Shown here: one piece after another, positions 1 to 14,296 of the stretch | How the letters are laid out: the number at the start of each line of letters is the position of its first letter | Numbering within the stretch: position 1 is the first letter of the stretch | Translations under genes and position numbers: made by a program | Source: Eukaryota sp. TZLM1-RC | Lineage: Eukaryota > Protista > Metamonada: BaSk clade | NCBI GenBank assembly: GCA_040285825.1 | Contig: JAUPSS010000015.1 | Span: 1-64,000, forward strand | Reading direction: 5' to 3' | DNA length: 64,000 bases | Notes under the pieces: model-generated | Database searches by the model: none | What the model saw: the letters and a program-made list of their open reading frames with translations, nothing else | What the model was told of the DNA's origin: nothing

Positions 1-2005
1 GCACCTTGATGGTGTTTTGTTGCTGCTATTGCCTTCGATAATTGTCTAATGCAGAGGTGACTCTTATGTCTCCGACTTTATGCTTTTGGTTCTGTAAAGC
101 GAGAAGCAATTTTGAAGTTATTGTAAATCTGGATTTTCCTGAGCTATCGAGTCTGCACCATATGGTAGAGAATCAGACTTTTAATTCATTTGTTCTTGAA
201 TCCATTCTGAGTGAAGCAGGGAGATCCTTTTAGGCCCATTATTTGTTTAGCTTGGTCTACAAAACTTAAATATCATTAAGCATAATCATATAGTTAAGCT
301 TATATGGATGATATATCATCCTTGATTGGTTCATTTGATTTACTAGAATTAATTGCTCAAGAAATTGCCGTTCATATGAGTCATTGGGCTTCATCTTATC
401 GCCAAATGCCTCTGATTGGCTCTTCTGCTCAAGACCTCGTGATAAACGATTCTATTGTCCCTTTTACTACCTAGTAGTGATGCTTTTGAAGTTTGGTTGT
501 TGTTAGAAATGTGCAAATTCAGAATGAACGTTATTTTGATGAAAATTCGAACTCTTGATTCAATTCTTCCTTTAGATATAGAAAGCATAAATTCTTCACA
601 CATGCTTTCTAAAATTTGCTATTCGAATTTGGAATAACCCACATTTGAGATCTCTTGTTCTTCCATAGTATATTAGATTTTGTCGTTCATTCAATTCATT
701 GAGGAACAGATTTTTGCTGATTTTATTGGATGTAGAACCGAGGAATGCTGAAAAGAGTCACTCATTTTCTTCAGCAAATCGAGGTGTGAGTTTTACTAAC
801 CTTCAATTTGGTGTCAATCAGCATTGTACATTCGTGTAGGTGGCAAAAATTTTATTTATGAAAGAATTTTGTCGTAGATTTCCTTCGATGATTCCTCTAT
901 CTGTTAGTTCCCAATTGCAGTCCCTATTTGTATGAGTTATCTTGTGAACTTGAGATTGCCGCCAAATAAATGGACCAAATGTTTCCTCAATCACGTCGAA
1001 GAAATTCCAAACCGATCTCTTTTACTTACAGTTTTGCTGTAAAAGCTTCAACAAAAATTGTCAAAGATTTTTGAAAAAGCTTGGATTTGCCTTTTCGATG
1101 GAGCTTGGCTTTGGCCATGAAAAGAGATCCCTGGTGCTGTGCAGCGTCTTTTGCAGAATGCTGTGAGTGACATTACTTCTTCTGCTTTAGTAACAACAAT
1201 TCCACATGTTTATGGTACTCTCTTATCCGACTTGCTTTGGACTCTGAATATGAGAGATTTTCGTTTCCTTTATCCTGGGCCCTGATAATTTTACTCCTCA
1301 TAATTTAATTTGTAAATCTCGAGAAAATTACAACCTACTCATTTGTTAAATTGTAAACATTTTATTACTTTTAGAAACAGGTTCATGATGCTGTAGAGAC
1401 CAGTTATATTGTATGTAAAATCTCATAGAATTGAATCTTCTTGGAACCTCTGTTGTCAAATCTGTTTGATGCTGAAGATGATTTTCATAAGAATAATAGA
1501 GGTGATGTCATATTACCTGGATTAGATGGAAGCTTCATTCTATTGGATGTAATGTCTGTTGATCCTTGTAATGCCTCAAATGAAAGGCTAGTTAATTCTG
1601 AAATTCATGATCCCCTTTCAAATGCTGAAAAATTTTAAATTCAAAAATACAATGAACCTTTGTCTAAATTAGCCAGTTTGTTGCAGCATGCAGAAAATAC
1701 AATTTGTATCCATTTGCATTTTCCCTTTTGGTTCACTGGCACCAACTGCTTTACGTTTTTGGATGATTTTTGAAATGATTGTAAAAGAGAAGAACTGGCA
1801 AGTTTCTGCAATAGATTGTTTTGGCAAAATAGAATTTGTGTTTTCTATTTTTAAAGGGGATGTTGAAGATGGTTTCTGATGCTTTGCTTTCTCTTGGATC
1901 TCACTATGAAAGAGTTGCATCTAGTGTTTTTGTTCTGGAGAGATGGATTTTTAGATGTTGATTTATAGGTTTTGAATAAAAATTAAAATTTTGGTAAAAA
2001 AAAAA
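1..2005 (+). mobile_element. Family A RLE non-LTR retrotransposon, RT to 3' end and poly(A), noisy sequence
   Basis: Collinear with cleaner A copies (YMDD region ~300, RGDVILPGLDG ~1500, stop ~1968, AATAAA, A-run to 2005); many scattered errors. Confidence 0.85.
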
Positions 2006-2549
2006 GAAATTGAAGTTCAATTCTTTTCCTGCTCTTTCTTTTATTAAAACTGCGAAACCTTCAAAGAAATTTAATGTAGATATTCAATGTTACCAAAAAG
2101 AGAAACTGGCAAATGGAACCAACTGATGCTTAACATGCTCAACACGTCCCTAGCTGAGATAAGGGTTCATTGTACTTTTTGAGTTTTTGCTCTTTTCAGC
2201 AAAGCAAAGTGGAGTTTCATCTCTTTTTAGCAAAGTCAATTGCTGAGTCTTTACAAACATCAACAGTCGACAACATCAACAACTTTAATAACACCCATCA
2301 GACGCAGGGTAATTAAATCAGACGCAAAAGTATTTTCATTTTCATTTTTCAGGATACGACAACCTTCGCTGCAAGTGGTTCAACAAAGCTTCAATGTGAT
2401 GGCTTTTGCACATGGCGCATAGTTGGTCTCTAACAGCATCGTGAACAACTGAGCGATATGTAATATTAAATTTGCAATTAAAATAAATGATTCCAGATTA
2501 ATGAGCTGACCACAACGACAAATCATCAAATCATTTGGCACTACATGGC
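2006..2549 (-). mobile_element. Family F fragment (E/B-like endonuclease region, one copy in window)
   Basis: Minus-strand translation across frameshifts gives CRCG.., VVDVV..DVCKDSA.., KYNEPLSQLGRVEHVKHQLVPFA; similar to family E but a different nucleotide sequence. Confidence 0.65.
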
Positions 2550-2552
2550 TTT

Positions 2553-3251
2553 GGCCAGTTCTTCACTTTACAATCATTTCAAAATCATCCAAAAACGTAA
2601 AGCAGTTGGTGTGGAAGTGAACCAAAAAGGAAAATACAAATGGATATAAATTGTATTTTGCATGCTGTAGAACTGCTGAATTTTGGACAAAAGGTTCAGT
2701 ATATTGAATTTAAAATTTCTCAGCATTTGAGGGATGATGAATTTCAGAATTAACCAAGCTCTCATTTGAGGCATTACAAGGATCAACAGACATTACATCC
2801 AATAAAAATGAAGCTTCCATCTAATCCAGGTAATATGACATCACCTCTATTATTCTTATGAAAATCATTTTCAGCATCAAACAGATTTGACAACAGAGGT
2901 TCCAAGAAGGATTCAATTCTATGAGATTTTACACATACAAATATAACTGGTCTCTTACAGCATCACATGAACCTTGCTTCTAAAAGTAATAAAAAATGTT
3001 TACAATTTAACAAATGAGTAGTTGTAATTTCTCGAGAACATTTACAAAATTAAATTATGAGGTAAATTATCAGGCCAAGATACAGAACGAAATCTCATAT
3101 TCAGAGTCCAAGCAGAATCGGATAGAGAGTACCATAAAACTTATTGGAGTGTTGTTACTAAGGCAGAAGAAGTACTGTCACACATATCTTGTAAAAAGAT
3201 TTGCAAAAGCAGGATTCTTTTTCTTGCCAAGCCAAGTCTAACATCAAAATC
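2553..3251 (-). mobile_element. Family A internal fragment (zinc finger and RLE region)
   Basis: Reverse complement of A from FDVRLG to KRRTG. Confidence 0.8.
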
Positions 3252-3257
3252 AAAGGT

Positions 3258-6200
3258 TACTCACGCAGCACGTCTGATTGCTTTTGAGTAAAAAGCCTGG
3301 AAACTGGAATCAAACCTGATGGAATACGCCCAATTGCTGTTGGTGAATCTCTTTCTCGTTTGCTGGCATCAATTGTCTTCGATCGTGCTCAAAGACAAAG
3401 CTTCTACATTTTGAATCCTCATCAATTTTGGAATCAAAACAATTGATGGTGCTTCTGTTGCTGCTATTGCCTCTGATACCTTTTAATGCAGAGGAAAATA
3501 ATTTTTATTTTAATCTGACTTTAAAAATGCTTGTTTCTGTAAAGCGAGAAGCAATTTTGAAGTTATTAAATCTGATTTTCCTGAGCTATCGAGTTTTTTC
3601 TACCATTTTTATGGTAAAGAATCAGATTTAATTTTTCAATTCATTGCTCTTAAATCATCTTCTGGAGTGAAAGCAGGAGATCCTTTAGGCCCATTATTGT
3701 TTTGTTTAGCTATTCACAAAACTTTAAGTATCATTAAGCAGAAAATGCCCTTCCTATAAAAAATAGTAGCTTATATGGATGATATACCTCCTTGATTGGT
3801 TCATTTTGATTTACTAGAATTGGTGGCTCAAGAAATTGCCGATTCATATGAAAATATTGGGCTTTATCTTAATGCGAACAAATGCCTTCTGATTGGTCTT
3901 CTGCTCAAGACCTCGTGATAAACGATTCTATTGTCCCTTTTACTAATTATAGTAGTGATGCTTTTTAAGTTCCTTGGTTGTTGGTTAGGAAATGTACTCA
4001 AATTCAGAATGAATTGCAAGTTATTTTGAAAATGAAAATTAAGGCAGGTTCAATTTCTTCTTTTAGAATATAGAAAAGCATGTTAAATTTTTTATGCTTA
4101 AAATTTGCTACACTTTTTTTTAAATTTAATTTTTATTCTAAAACCTATAAATCAACATCTAAAAATCCATCTCTCCCAAAACAAAAACACTAGATGCAAC
4201 TCTCTCATAGGTGAGATCCAAGAGAAAGCAAAGCATCAGAAACCATCTTTCAACATCCCCTTAAAAATAGAAAACACAATTCTATTTTTTGCCAAAAACA
4301 ATCTGTTGAAATTTCTACCAGTTCTTCTCTTTACAATCATTTCAAAATCATCCAAAAACGTAGAAAGCAGTTGGTGCAAGTGAACCAGGGAAAAATACAA
4401 ATGGATACAAATTATGACTTTTTGCATGCTGTAGGACTTGGCCAATTTGGACAAAGGTTCATTGTATTTTTGAATTTAAAAAATTTTCAGCATTTGAAGA
4501 GGGATTATGAATTTCAGAATTGACTTCATTTGAGGCATTACAAGGATCAACAGACATTACATCCAATAAAGATGAAGCTTCCATCTAATCGGAGGTAATA
4601 TGACATCACCTCCTATTATTCTTATGAAAAATCATTTTTCAGCATCAAACTAAAATTTGACAACAGAGGGTTCCAAGAAGGATTCAATTCTATGAGATTT
4701 ACACATACAATATAACTGGTCTCTTGGCATCATGAACCTTGCTTTCAGAATAAAATGTTTACAATTTAACAAAATGAGTAGTTGTAATTTCTCGAGAACA
4801 TTTACAAAATTAAATTATGAGGTAAATTATCAGGCCAGAATCAAAGGAAGCAGAAATCTCACATTCAGAGTCCAAGCAGAATCGGATAAGAGAGTACCAT
4901 AAACATTGGAATTGTTGATTTACTAAGACGCAGAAGAAGTACTGTCACACATATCTTGTAAAAGATTTGCAAAAAGCGGGATTCTTTTCTTGGCCAACCG
5001 AGTCTAACAAATGCTCACACTGGGAGAATAAATACCCACATTTTGAGATCTTGTCTCCTTCCATAGCATTAGATTTTTGTCGTTCTTACCTAATTCATTG
5101 AGAACAGAATTTTTGCTGATTTATTGGATCTGAAACGAGGGAATGTTGAAAAAGCCATTTTATTTTCTTCAGCAAATTTTGGGTGGAAGCTGGATTTACT
5201 AAATCTTCAATTTTGTGTCAATCAGCATTCTTTGGGTGGAGGCAAAAAATTTTATTTTATGAATTTTTCTCGTAGATTTCCTGATGATTCTCATCTGTTA
5301 GTTCCCAATTGCGGTCCTTATTTTGTTGCGAGTTATCTCTGTGAACTTGAAAAATTGCCGCCCACAAATTTGGACCAAATGTTTTCCTCAATCAATTCAA
5401 GAAATTCCAAAACCGATCCCTTTTTTTAATTTTACAGTTTTGCTGTAAAAAGCTAAAAGTGTCAAAAGATTTTTTGAAAGCTTGATTTTTGATGTTAGAC
5501 TTGGCAGCCGAAAAAGAATCCCCGCTTTTGCAAATCTTTACAAAGACTCATGTGTGACAAGTACTTCTTCTGCCTTAGTAACAACAATTCCACAAGTTTG
5601 TATGGTGCTCTCTTTATCGATTCTGCTTGGACTCTGAATATGAGATTTCGTTCCTTTATCTGGCCTGATAATTTACCTCATAATTTAATTTGTAAAATGT
5701 TCTCGAGAAAATTATACTCATTTGTTAAATTAGTAAACATTTTATTACTTTTAGAAGCAAGGTTCATGATGCTGTAAGAGACCAGTTATGTTAATATGTG
5801 TAAATCTCATAGAATTGAATCCTTCTTGGAACCCTCTGTTGTCAAAATCTGTTTGATGCTGAAAATGATTTTCATAAGAATAATAGAGGTGATGTCATAT
5901 TTCCTGGATTAGATGGAAGCTTCATTATTGGATGTAATGTCTGTTGATCCTTGTAATGCCTCAAATGAAAAGGCTTATTAATTCTGAAATTCATAATCCC
6001 CTTTCAAATGTTGAAAATTTTTAAATTCAAACACAATGAACCTTTGTCCAAATTGGCCAGTTACATGCAAAATACAATTTGTATCCATTTTGTATTTTCC
6101 CTTTTTGGTTCACTTGCACCAACTGCTTTTTACGTTTTTGGATGATTTTGAAAATGATTGTAAAAAGAGAAGAACTGGCAGAAATTTTCCACAGATTGTT

Positions 6201-6378
6201 TTGGCAAAAATAGAATTGTGTTTTCTATTTTTAAGGGATGTTGAAGATGGTTTCTGATGCTTTGCTTTCTCTTGGATCTCACTAGAGAGAGTTGCATCTA
6301 GTGTTTTGTTCTGGGGAGAGATGGATTTTTAGATGTTGATTTATAGGTTTTTGAATAAAAATTAAAATTAAAAAAAAC
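3258..6378 (+). mobile_element. Family A, 5'-truncated, interrupted by an antisense A copy at 4113-5008
   Basis: Runs from LAARLIAL/RPIAVGE to ..LDVDL stop, AATAAA and poly(A); resumes collinearly after the insert. Confidence 0.85.
4113..5008 (-). mobile_element. Family A 3' ~0.9 kb inserted antisense into family A
   Basis: Poly(T) at 4113; imperfect TSD aaatttgctacac / aaatgctcacac. Confidence 0.8.
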
Positions 6379-6394
6379 CAAAGGTTCATTTTTT

Positions 6395-7505
6395 AATGAA
6401 AAATTTAATTTATTGTTAAACTACAGTCTAAAAGTCAATATCTTTCAAAACAAGCTTCCACACATCAAACCACACAACAGCAATTTCTTCGTAATGTGCA
6501 CTGACAGACATCAAAGCTTTTCGAAATCATTTTAGGAATTGATTTGAAAATAGTAAAAACAATACGATTTAGCCACAAGCGACGATCAAACAAACTTATT
6601 CATTCTTCTTTTTCACAAGATTTTCAAAATCATCAATAAAATTCATGCAGTTTTCCAAGACGACCATACAACGATATAGCAAATGGGCAAATTTGGTAAT
6701 CTACATGGCGAACATGTTTCAATTCTTTTAAAGGATTTGCATATTTTTCCGTTTGTACAATTCGGAGTCATCAAGGGATACTTCAGATTGAGCATTTTTC
6801 AAGGAGCATTTTTCTTGCAAACATCCACTGTTACGACATCAACAACACATTCATGACATCATCAAACGAGGGCACAACAACATCAGCACGTCGTTTTCCA
6901 TATTCTGAATCTCTACGCTTTCATTTATATCAGAGACCTCAACAAAGGTTCTACAAAAGATTCAATATGATAGAATTACACATTGCATGGATTTGATCTC
7001 TGACTGCATCATGCAACGTAGAGATGATAGACAAATCTATTACAATTAAATAAAATGTGATAATGTTAAACCAGCTCCACAATTTTGCAAAAACAAATCA
7101 TTGGGCAAATTACAAGGCCATAAATAACAACGCATTCTCATAGTAGTGGTCCATTGGCCGTCATTCAAAAAATAGCCAAAAATCTGGGGAATTTGATTTA
7201 TCAAAACTGCAGATGAATTGTCCTTCAAATCAATCATTTGTAAAAGCAGGATTTTCTAGCTGTGTCTAAGTCGAACAATAAAATCCTTGCTTTTCAAATC
7301 TTTCTCAAAAGATGTCGTTGGAGCTTTTTCAACGCAAATTTTAATGAATACAAACTTCTGTCTGGAATTTGAATGGATATGGAAACATGATTGCCATAAG
7401 TCGGGAGATAAACTGGATATTTCTTCTCTTAAGTTATCGTGAGGAATAAGCTTTATTTGCAGTTTCAAGAAGATTTTCGGCAAAAGGATATCCTCTAGAG
7501 AATTC
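6395..7505 (-). mobile_element. Family B 3' part (continues at 12878-12963 beyond the C insertion)
   Basis: ..EACFEDIDF stop, B 3' UTR, RRADVVVP endonuclease motif. Confidence 0.85.
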
Positions 7506-10500
7506 TTGTATTTATTGAATTTGCACATATGATTAAATTAAATCATAACTTATGGGACGACCTTCTGATACCTTTTTAATGCAGGAAAATAATTTTATTT
7601 TTAATCTCGACTTTAAAATGCTTTTAATTCTGTAAAAGCGAGAAGCAATTTTTGAAGTTATTAAATCTGATTTTTCCTGAGCTATCGAGTTTTTTCTACC
7701 ATTTTTATGGTAAAGAATCAGATTTAATTTTAATTCATTTGCTCTTAAATCATCTTCTGGTGTGAAGCAAGGTGACCCTTTAGGCCCATTATTGTATTGT
7801 TTAGCTATTCATAGAAAACTTTAAATATCATTAAGCAAAAATACCCTTCTATAAAAATAGTTGCTTATATGGATGATATATCCTTGATTGGTTCATTTGA
7901 TTTACTAGAATTGGTTGCTCAAGAAATTGCTGATTCATATGAAAATATTGGCTTCATCTTAATGCTAGCAAATGCCTTCTGATTGGCTCTTCTGCTCAAG
8001 ACCCTCGTGATAAACGATTCTATTGTCCCTTTTTACTAATTATAGTAGTGATGCTTTTAAGTTCCTTGGTTGTTGGTTAGAAATGTGCCTCAAATTCAGA
8101 ATGAATTGCAAGTTATTTTTGGAAAAAAATGAAAAATTGAACTTGATTCAATTTCTTCTTTAGATATAGAGAAAGCATATTAAATTTTTGTATGCTTAAA
8201 ATTTGCTACACTGGGAGAATAACCCACATTTTGAGATCTTGTGCTCCTTCCATAGCATTAGATTTTTGTCGTTCTTTTAATTCATTGAGAACAGAATTTT
8301 TTGCTGATTTATTGGATGTAGAACCAGGAATGTTGAAAAAGCCATTTATTTTCTTCAGCAAATTTGGGGGTATTGGATTTACTAAATCTTCAATTTTGTG
8401 TCAATCAGCATTTCTTGGGTGGTGGCAAAAATTTTATTTATGAATTTTTCTCTGTAGATTTCCTGATGATTCCCATCTATTTAGTCCCCAATTGTAGTCC
8501 CTATTTGTATAAGTTATCTTGTGAACTTGAAAAATTACCGCCACAAATTTGGACCAAATGCTTTCCTCAATCAATTCAAGAAATTCAAACCGATCTCTAT
8601 TTAATTTACAGGTTTTGCTGTAAAAGCTTCAACAAAAATTGTCAAAGATTTTTGAAAGCTTGGATTTTGATGTTAGACTTGGCTTGGCCAAGAAAAAGAA
8701 TCCACTTTTGCAAATCTTTTACAAGATATGTGTGACAGTACTTCTTCTGCCTTAGTAACAACAATTCCGCAAGTATATGGGTACTCTCTTATCCGATTCT
8801 GCTTGGACTCTGAATATGAGATTTTCGTTCCTTTATCTGGCCTGATAATTTACCTCATAATTTAATTTGTAAAATGTTCTCGAGAAATTACAACTACTCA
8901 TTTGTTAAATTGTAAACATTTTATTACTTTTTAGAAAGCAAGGTTCATGATGCTGTAAGAGACCAGTTATATTGTATGTGTAAATCTCATAGAATTGAAT
9001 CCTTCTTGGAACCTCTGTTGTCCAAAATCTGTTTGATGCTGAAAAATGATTTTTCATAAGAATAATAGAGGTGATGTCATATTACCTGGATTAGATGGAA
9101 GCTTTATTTTTTATTGGATGTAATGTCTGTTGATCCTTGTAATGCCTCAAATGAAAGGCTTGTTAATTCTGAAATTCATAATCCCCTTTTCAAATGCTGA
9201 AAATTTTAAATTCAAAAATACAATGAACCTTTGTCCAAATTGGCCAGTCTACAGCATGCAAAATACAATTTGTATCCATTTGTATTTTTCCCTTTTGGTT
9301 CACTTGCACCAACTGCTTTACGTTTTTGGATGATTTTTGAAAATGATTGTAAAAAAGAGAAGAACTGGCAGAAATTTCAACAGATTGTTTTTGGCAAAAA
9401 TAGAATTGTGTTTTTCTATTTTTAAGGGGATGTTGATGATGGTTTCTGATGCTTTGCTTTTCTTGGATCTCACTATGAGAGAGTTGCATCTAGTGTTTTT
9501 GTTTTTGGGAGAGATGGATTTTTAGATGTTGATTTATAGGTTTAGAATAAAATTAAAAAATATGGGACGACTATCATTAAACCAAGATTTCCCTCTACAA
9601 AAATCTTGATTTGCTTTGCTGTCTAGCTAAAAGCTTCCCTAATTCGATTGAAAAACCGCGGTAATCTATTAATAATGGCAAATTGAATCCGTGAACGCCA
9701 TAAAAAAATATCAAATCTTTTCATTGTTTTTCTTTTCACCATTTTTGGAAGTCATCCAAAAAGTTTCTGCTTCAACTGATAATCTTCCATTTATCGAAAA
9801 TGGGAAAGCAATAAAAACCAGCTGTATTTCTATCGACATTTGCATCTTCAATTTCTTTATCATATTTTTCTATGTTTTTTCTTTTTGCTTTAAAATCCAG
9901 AGCAGCCCACAGGATTAAGTTTTCTTCTGTGAACCAAAGTATCGTTTGCAACATTACATGAGACAAAGTCAACAATAGCTTCAGAATTATCAATCCAATC
10001 ACAGTATACATCACCTCTATCATCAGAACCAAAAATTATTCAGAGAAAGTGTTTCCCTTCAGCAGGGGCTCTTTGATACACGATATCCTAGCAGTTTGTG
10101 CCATATTGAAAACAGTGTCTCTAACAGCATCATGTAATGAAGAACGATAAGTTATCAATTTAGAGCAATTTAGAGCATGGCGCAAAGTGAGTTGAGGTGA
10201 ATTCGAACAAATACATTTTTTTCTTTTGATAATAATTGGTTAATGGGATGTTCAAATATAATCTCATTTTTGTTACAAATGCTTCATTAGTGGCACACAA
10301 TCCAAATCTTCGTGGTACAATGGTTGCAAAAAGTGAAGAATCTGACGCCTTGTTTTCACAAACACCCTTTTCCAATAACAATGAGTGAAGATCTTGATTT
10401 AAAACAGCCGAGCTGCAAATATTATTATAAAGATCTTTTTCATACATTCCAGTCAATCTTTTTCTGTAATGTTCGAAGAGTGTACTTCAAATTTAAAAAC

Positions 10501-12877
10501 ATTTTTCTGGAATATTGCCATTGAATGATTGGGGAAAACATCGACCCCATTTTTCTACATCAATTCTTGAAATTTCTTCATTTAATGCAAAAAACAGTGG
10601 AACTTTTGCGTTGTCATCAATAAATCTTCCCAATCTGCAAATCTTTCGGAAAACTCAAAGATTGCATTTCTGCATCCACCAACAAAAGCACCCGAGGTAA
10701 GAATAGAAGCCTTCGTTCACCCTAAACCACCATAATGTGGACTAAGGTAAGCATGATCTGGAATTTGAAACATTTTACATCCCAGTAATTGAGCCAGAAC
10801 TTTTGCACGTAACTCATTAAACTTTTGAGCCAAAGGTCTAGTGACGAGAGGATTTGTAGATCGAAATATATGATTAAAAATTGGAACTAAAAACACAGTC
10901 TTATAATGGTAAAATTTGATGTGTTTTTTATATCTAAATTCATCATTCGGTCAATTTTGTCAGAAATTGAGTTCAACTTTTCAAACAATTTTTTTGGTAA
11001 TTTCATCATTATTTCCTAAAAACGAACCCAAATGACGAATAGCATCAATTGAATATAATTTGGCTTGAATTTCAATATCATCAATTATTGTGGAAACTGG
11101 AGAATTCGATAACAAAAACACATTTAAGTAGAATTAAGTCGGAGACCAATTTTGGTAAATAATTCTTTAAAAACATACAGTTGCTTTTTCACAATATCTA
11201 AATCACTAATAAGCACAACATCATCCATATATGCAATCATTTTTAGTGAAGGAAACATCTCTTGAATTTGCAGTAGAATAGGATGAATGGCCAAATAAAA
11301 CAAAAGAGGTCCTAACGGATCTCCTTGCTTTTACGCCATGATGAACTCAAAATGTTGTTACCAAAATGTAAATTAGAATATGTGCAATATGTTGATTGAA
11401 AAATATGGTATTAATTCCGGCATATATTGCAATAGAGCACCATGGATACTGCGACGACTTAGTGAATTGAAAACATTACTAAAATCCAATGACATGCAAA
11501 CATTGGATTCATTTTGACGAAATAAGACATCAGTAGCAAAAATCGCTGAAGAGACTCCATCTGTAGTATTTATACCATATTGAAAAGGGTAATAAAAATC
11601 TTTTTAGCTTTTTCATTGAACCTGCTTAAGCAACACGCAGAAAAAAATATTGTGTAAAGCTCTCAGAGACTGCAATGGGACGAACATCCATTTTTGAATT
11701 TTTGACAAGTGCAGTCAAACGAGAACTTCTTAATTCTTCTGGGTATTTGCGTTGACCAGATAATATTTGGTTGAAAAATTTGGTCAATAAACCAAGGCAA
11801 TCTTCTGAAGAAATAATCGCGGCTTTTACATGATCAATAGTAATACCAGAAAGTCCGGCAGACTTACCACGAGGTCTCTTTTTGATAACCGAAAAAAACT
11901 TCTGATGGCATCAATGGATAATTTTTCCCAGTATGTGCCGTAAAAATTTTGATCCATTATAGGGTCTTCATAAGGATGAAGTATTTTTCAGTTTATCTAT
12001 TGTATTTTTCATTGTTCGGTGCTTTAACCCGGGACTTAAAGCTGACAAAGCCTTGGACCATTTGTTGTCAAAGCATTTGTCTTCAAAAATTTTACTTAAT
12101 TTCTCGGATGACTGATTTCTCGGTGCTATATTAGTTAAAATCTTCGGAAATATTAACAAAAATTTTGTTCAAAAGGAGGACAAAAAGAACCAAAAATTCC
12201 CAAATAATATTGATAGCATACTTTCCTTTACATAATTGATCCAAAAATCTTTGAAAAAAACGAAAAGCAAATTCATTGCATTTGGTCGGATGAATTTCTT
12301 GAGGTATTCTTATAGGAGGATGGTAGTTATCAACTATGCGGCATTTCAAGCAGCGGTCAGAAGTTTTTCCTTTGCATTTTTCTAAAAGAAATACCACAAG
12401 TGTTGCAAGTTTTGTGCTTTAAACGGTTGCAAACTGGTTTTGCAACAATTTGTGGAGCATTATTTATGGGTTCTACCTTAGACTCTTTCCTTCTAATAAA
12501 TTTTTCTTTTACATTTTGGTTCAGAATTTGCCGCATCATTTTTCCAACATTGGGGCATGTTCGAGCATTATGTCCCTGTTGTCGACACTTTGAGCATCTG
12601 TAGGAGCGTGGCTTTGTTTTTGAACAAACTTTGTTTTCATCGTGATTGTCTAAAAATTCTTGATCAGAATTTTTTGTCCAAAATGAGAGAGAAGAGGTTG
12701 AGGAGGAGAGGTGGAAAAGGACGTCTTGAGCATCTTGTTGACTATCGTTCTTTCTTTTTGACTCCATTAGAATCAGAAACTGATTCAGGCATCAACAAGA
12801 AAGAATAGAAGCAATGATCTCAGTTCAGCCAGGTTTTTAAGTTAAAACGGTTATATGTAGAGGCTTAGAGAAAAAAA
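7506..12877 (-). mobile_element. Family C, apparently full length (~3.4 kb net), carrying an A insertion in its 3' UTR
   Basis: TSD tctagagaattc at 7494-7505 and 12878-12889; N-terminal CSKCRQQGHNARTC, RT motifs, RGDVYCDWID endonuclease region. Confidence 0.88.
7562..9560 (+). mobile_element. Family A, 5'-truncated, inserted antisense in the family C 3' UTR
   Basis: TSD tatgggacgac at 7551-7561 and 9561-9571; poly(A). Confidence 0.9.
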
Positions 12878-13106
12878 TCTAGAGAATTCAAATACAAAAA
12901 TTTTTTTCCACCACCAATAAATGCAGCTTTGGTCAAATATTTTGATGAATTGAATCCAACACCTTTTTACAATCATTTCAAAATCATCCAAAAACCTAAA
13001 AGCAGTTCGTGCAAAGTAAACCAAAAAGGAAAAGTACAAATGGATACAAATTGTATTTTTGCATGCTGTAGACTGGCCAATTTGGACAAAGGTTCATTGT
13101 ATTTTT

Positions 13107-14235
13107 GTTAATGAAAATTTTAATTTATTGTTAAACTACAGTCTAAAAGTCAATATCTTCAAAACAAAGCTTCCACACCATCAAACCACACAACAGCAAT
13201 TTCTTCGTAATGTGCACTGACAGACATCAAAGCTTTCGAAATCATTTTTAGGAATTGATTTGAAAATGGTAAAAACAATACGATTTAGCCACAAGCGACG
13301 ATCAAAACGCTATTCATTCTTCTTTTTCACAAGATTTTCAAAATCATCAATAAAATTCATAGCAGTTTTTCCAAGACGACCATACAACGATATAGCAAAT
13401 GGGCAAATTTGGTAATCTACATGGCGAACATGTTTCAATTCTTTTTAAAGGATTTTGCATATTTTTCCGTTTGTACAATTCGGAGTCATCAAGGGGGGAT
13501 ACTTCAGATTGAGCATTTTTCAAGGCATTTTTCTTGCAAACATCCACTGTTACGACATCAACAACATTCATGACATCATCAAACGAGGGCACAACAACAT
13601 CAGCACGTCGTTTTTCCATATTCTGAATCTCTTACGCTTTCATTTATATCAAGAGACCTCAACAAAGGTTCTACAAAAAGATTCAATATGATAGAATTAC
13701 ACATTGCATGGATTTGATCTCTGACTGCATCATGCAACGTAGAACGATAGAAATAAATCTATTACAATTAAATAAATGTGATAATGTTAAAACCAGCTCC
13801 ACAATTTGCAAAAACAAATCATTGGGCAAATTACAAGGCCATAAATAACAACGCATTCTCATAGCAGTGGTCCATTGGTCGTCATTCAAAAATAGGCCAA
13901 AAATCTGGGGAATTTGATTTATCAAAACTGCAGATGAATTGTCCTTCAAATCAATCAAAAATTTGCAAAAAGCAGGATTTTCTTTTCTTAGCCGTGCTAA
14001 GTCGAACAATAAAATCCTTGCTTTCAAATTTTCTCAAAGGAGTCGATGGAGCTTTGTCAACGCAAATTTTTAATGAATACAAAACTTCTGTCTGGAATTT
14101 CTTGAATGGATATGGGAAACATGATTGCCATAAGTCGGGAGATAAACTGGATATTTCTTCTCTTAAGTTATCGAGGAATAAGCTATTTGTAGTTTCAAGA
14201 AGATTTTCGGCAAAAGGATATCTTCTAGAGAATTC
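13107..14235 (-). mobile_element. Family B 3' part (continues at 18541-18625)
   Basis: Same sequence and same C-insertion junction as 6395-7505. Confidence 0.88.
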
Positions 14236-14296
14236 TTGTATTTATTGAATTTGCACACTTGATTAAATTAAATCATAACTAATGGGACGACTATCA

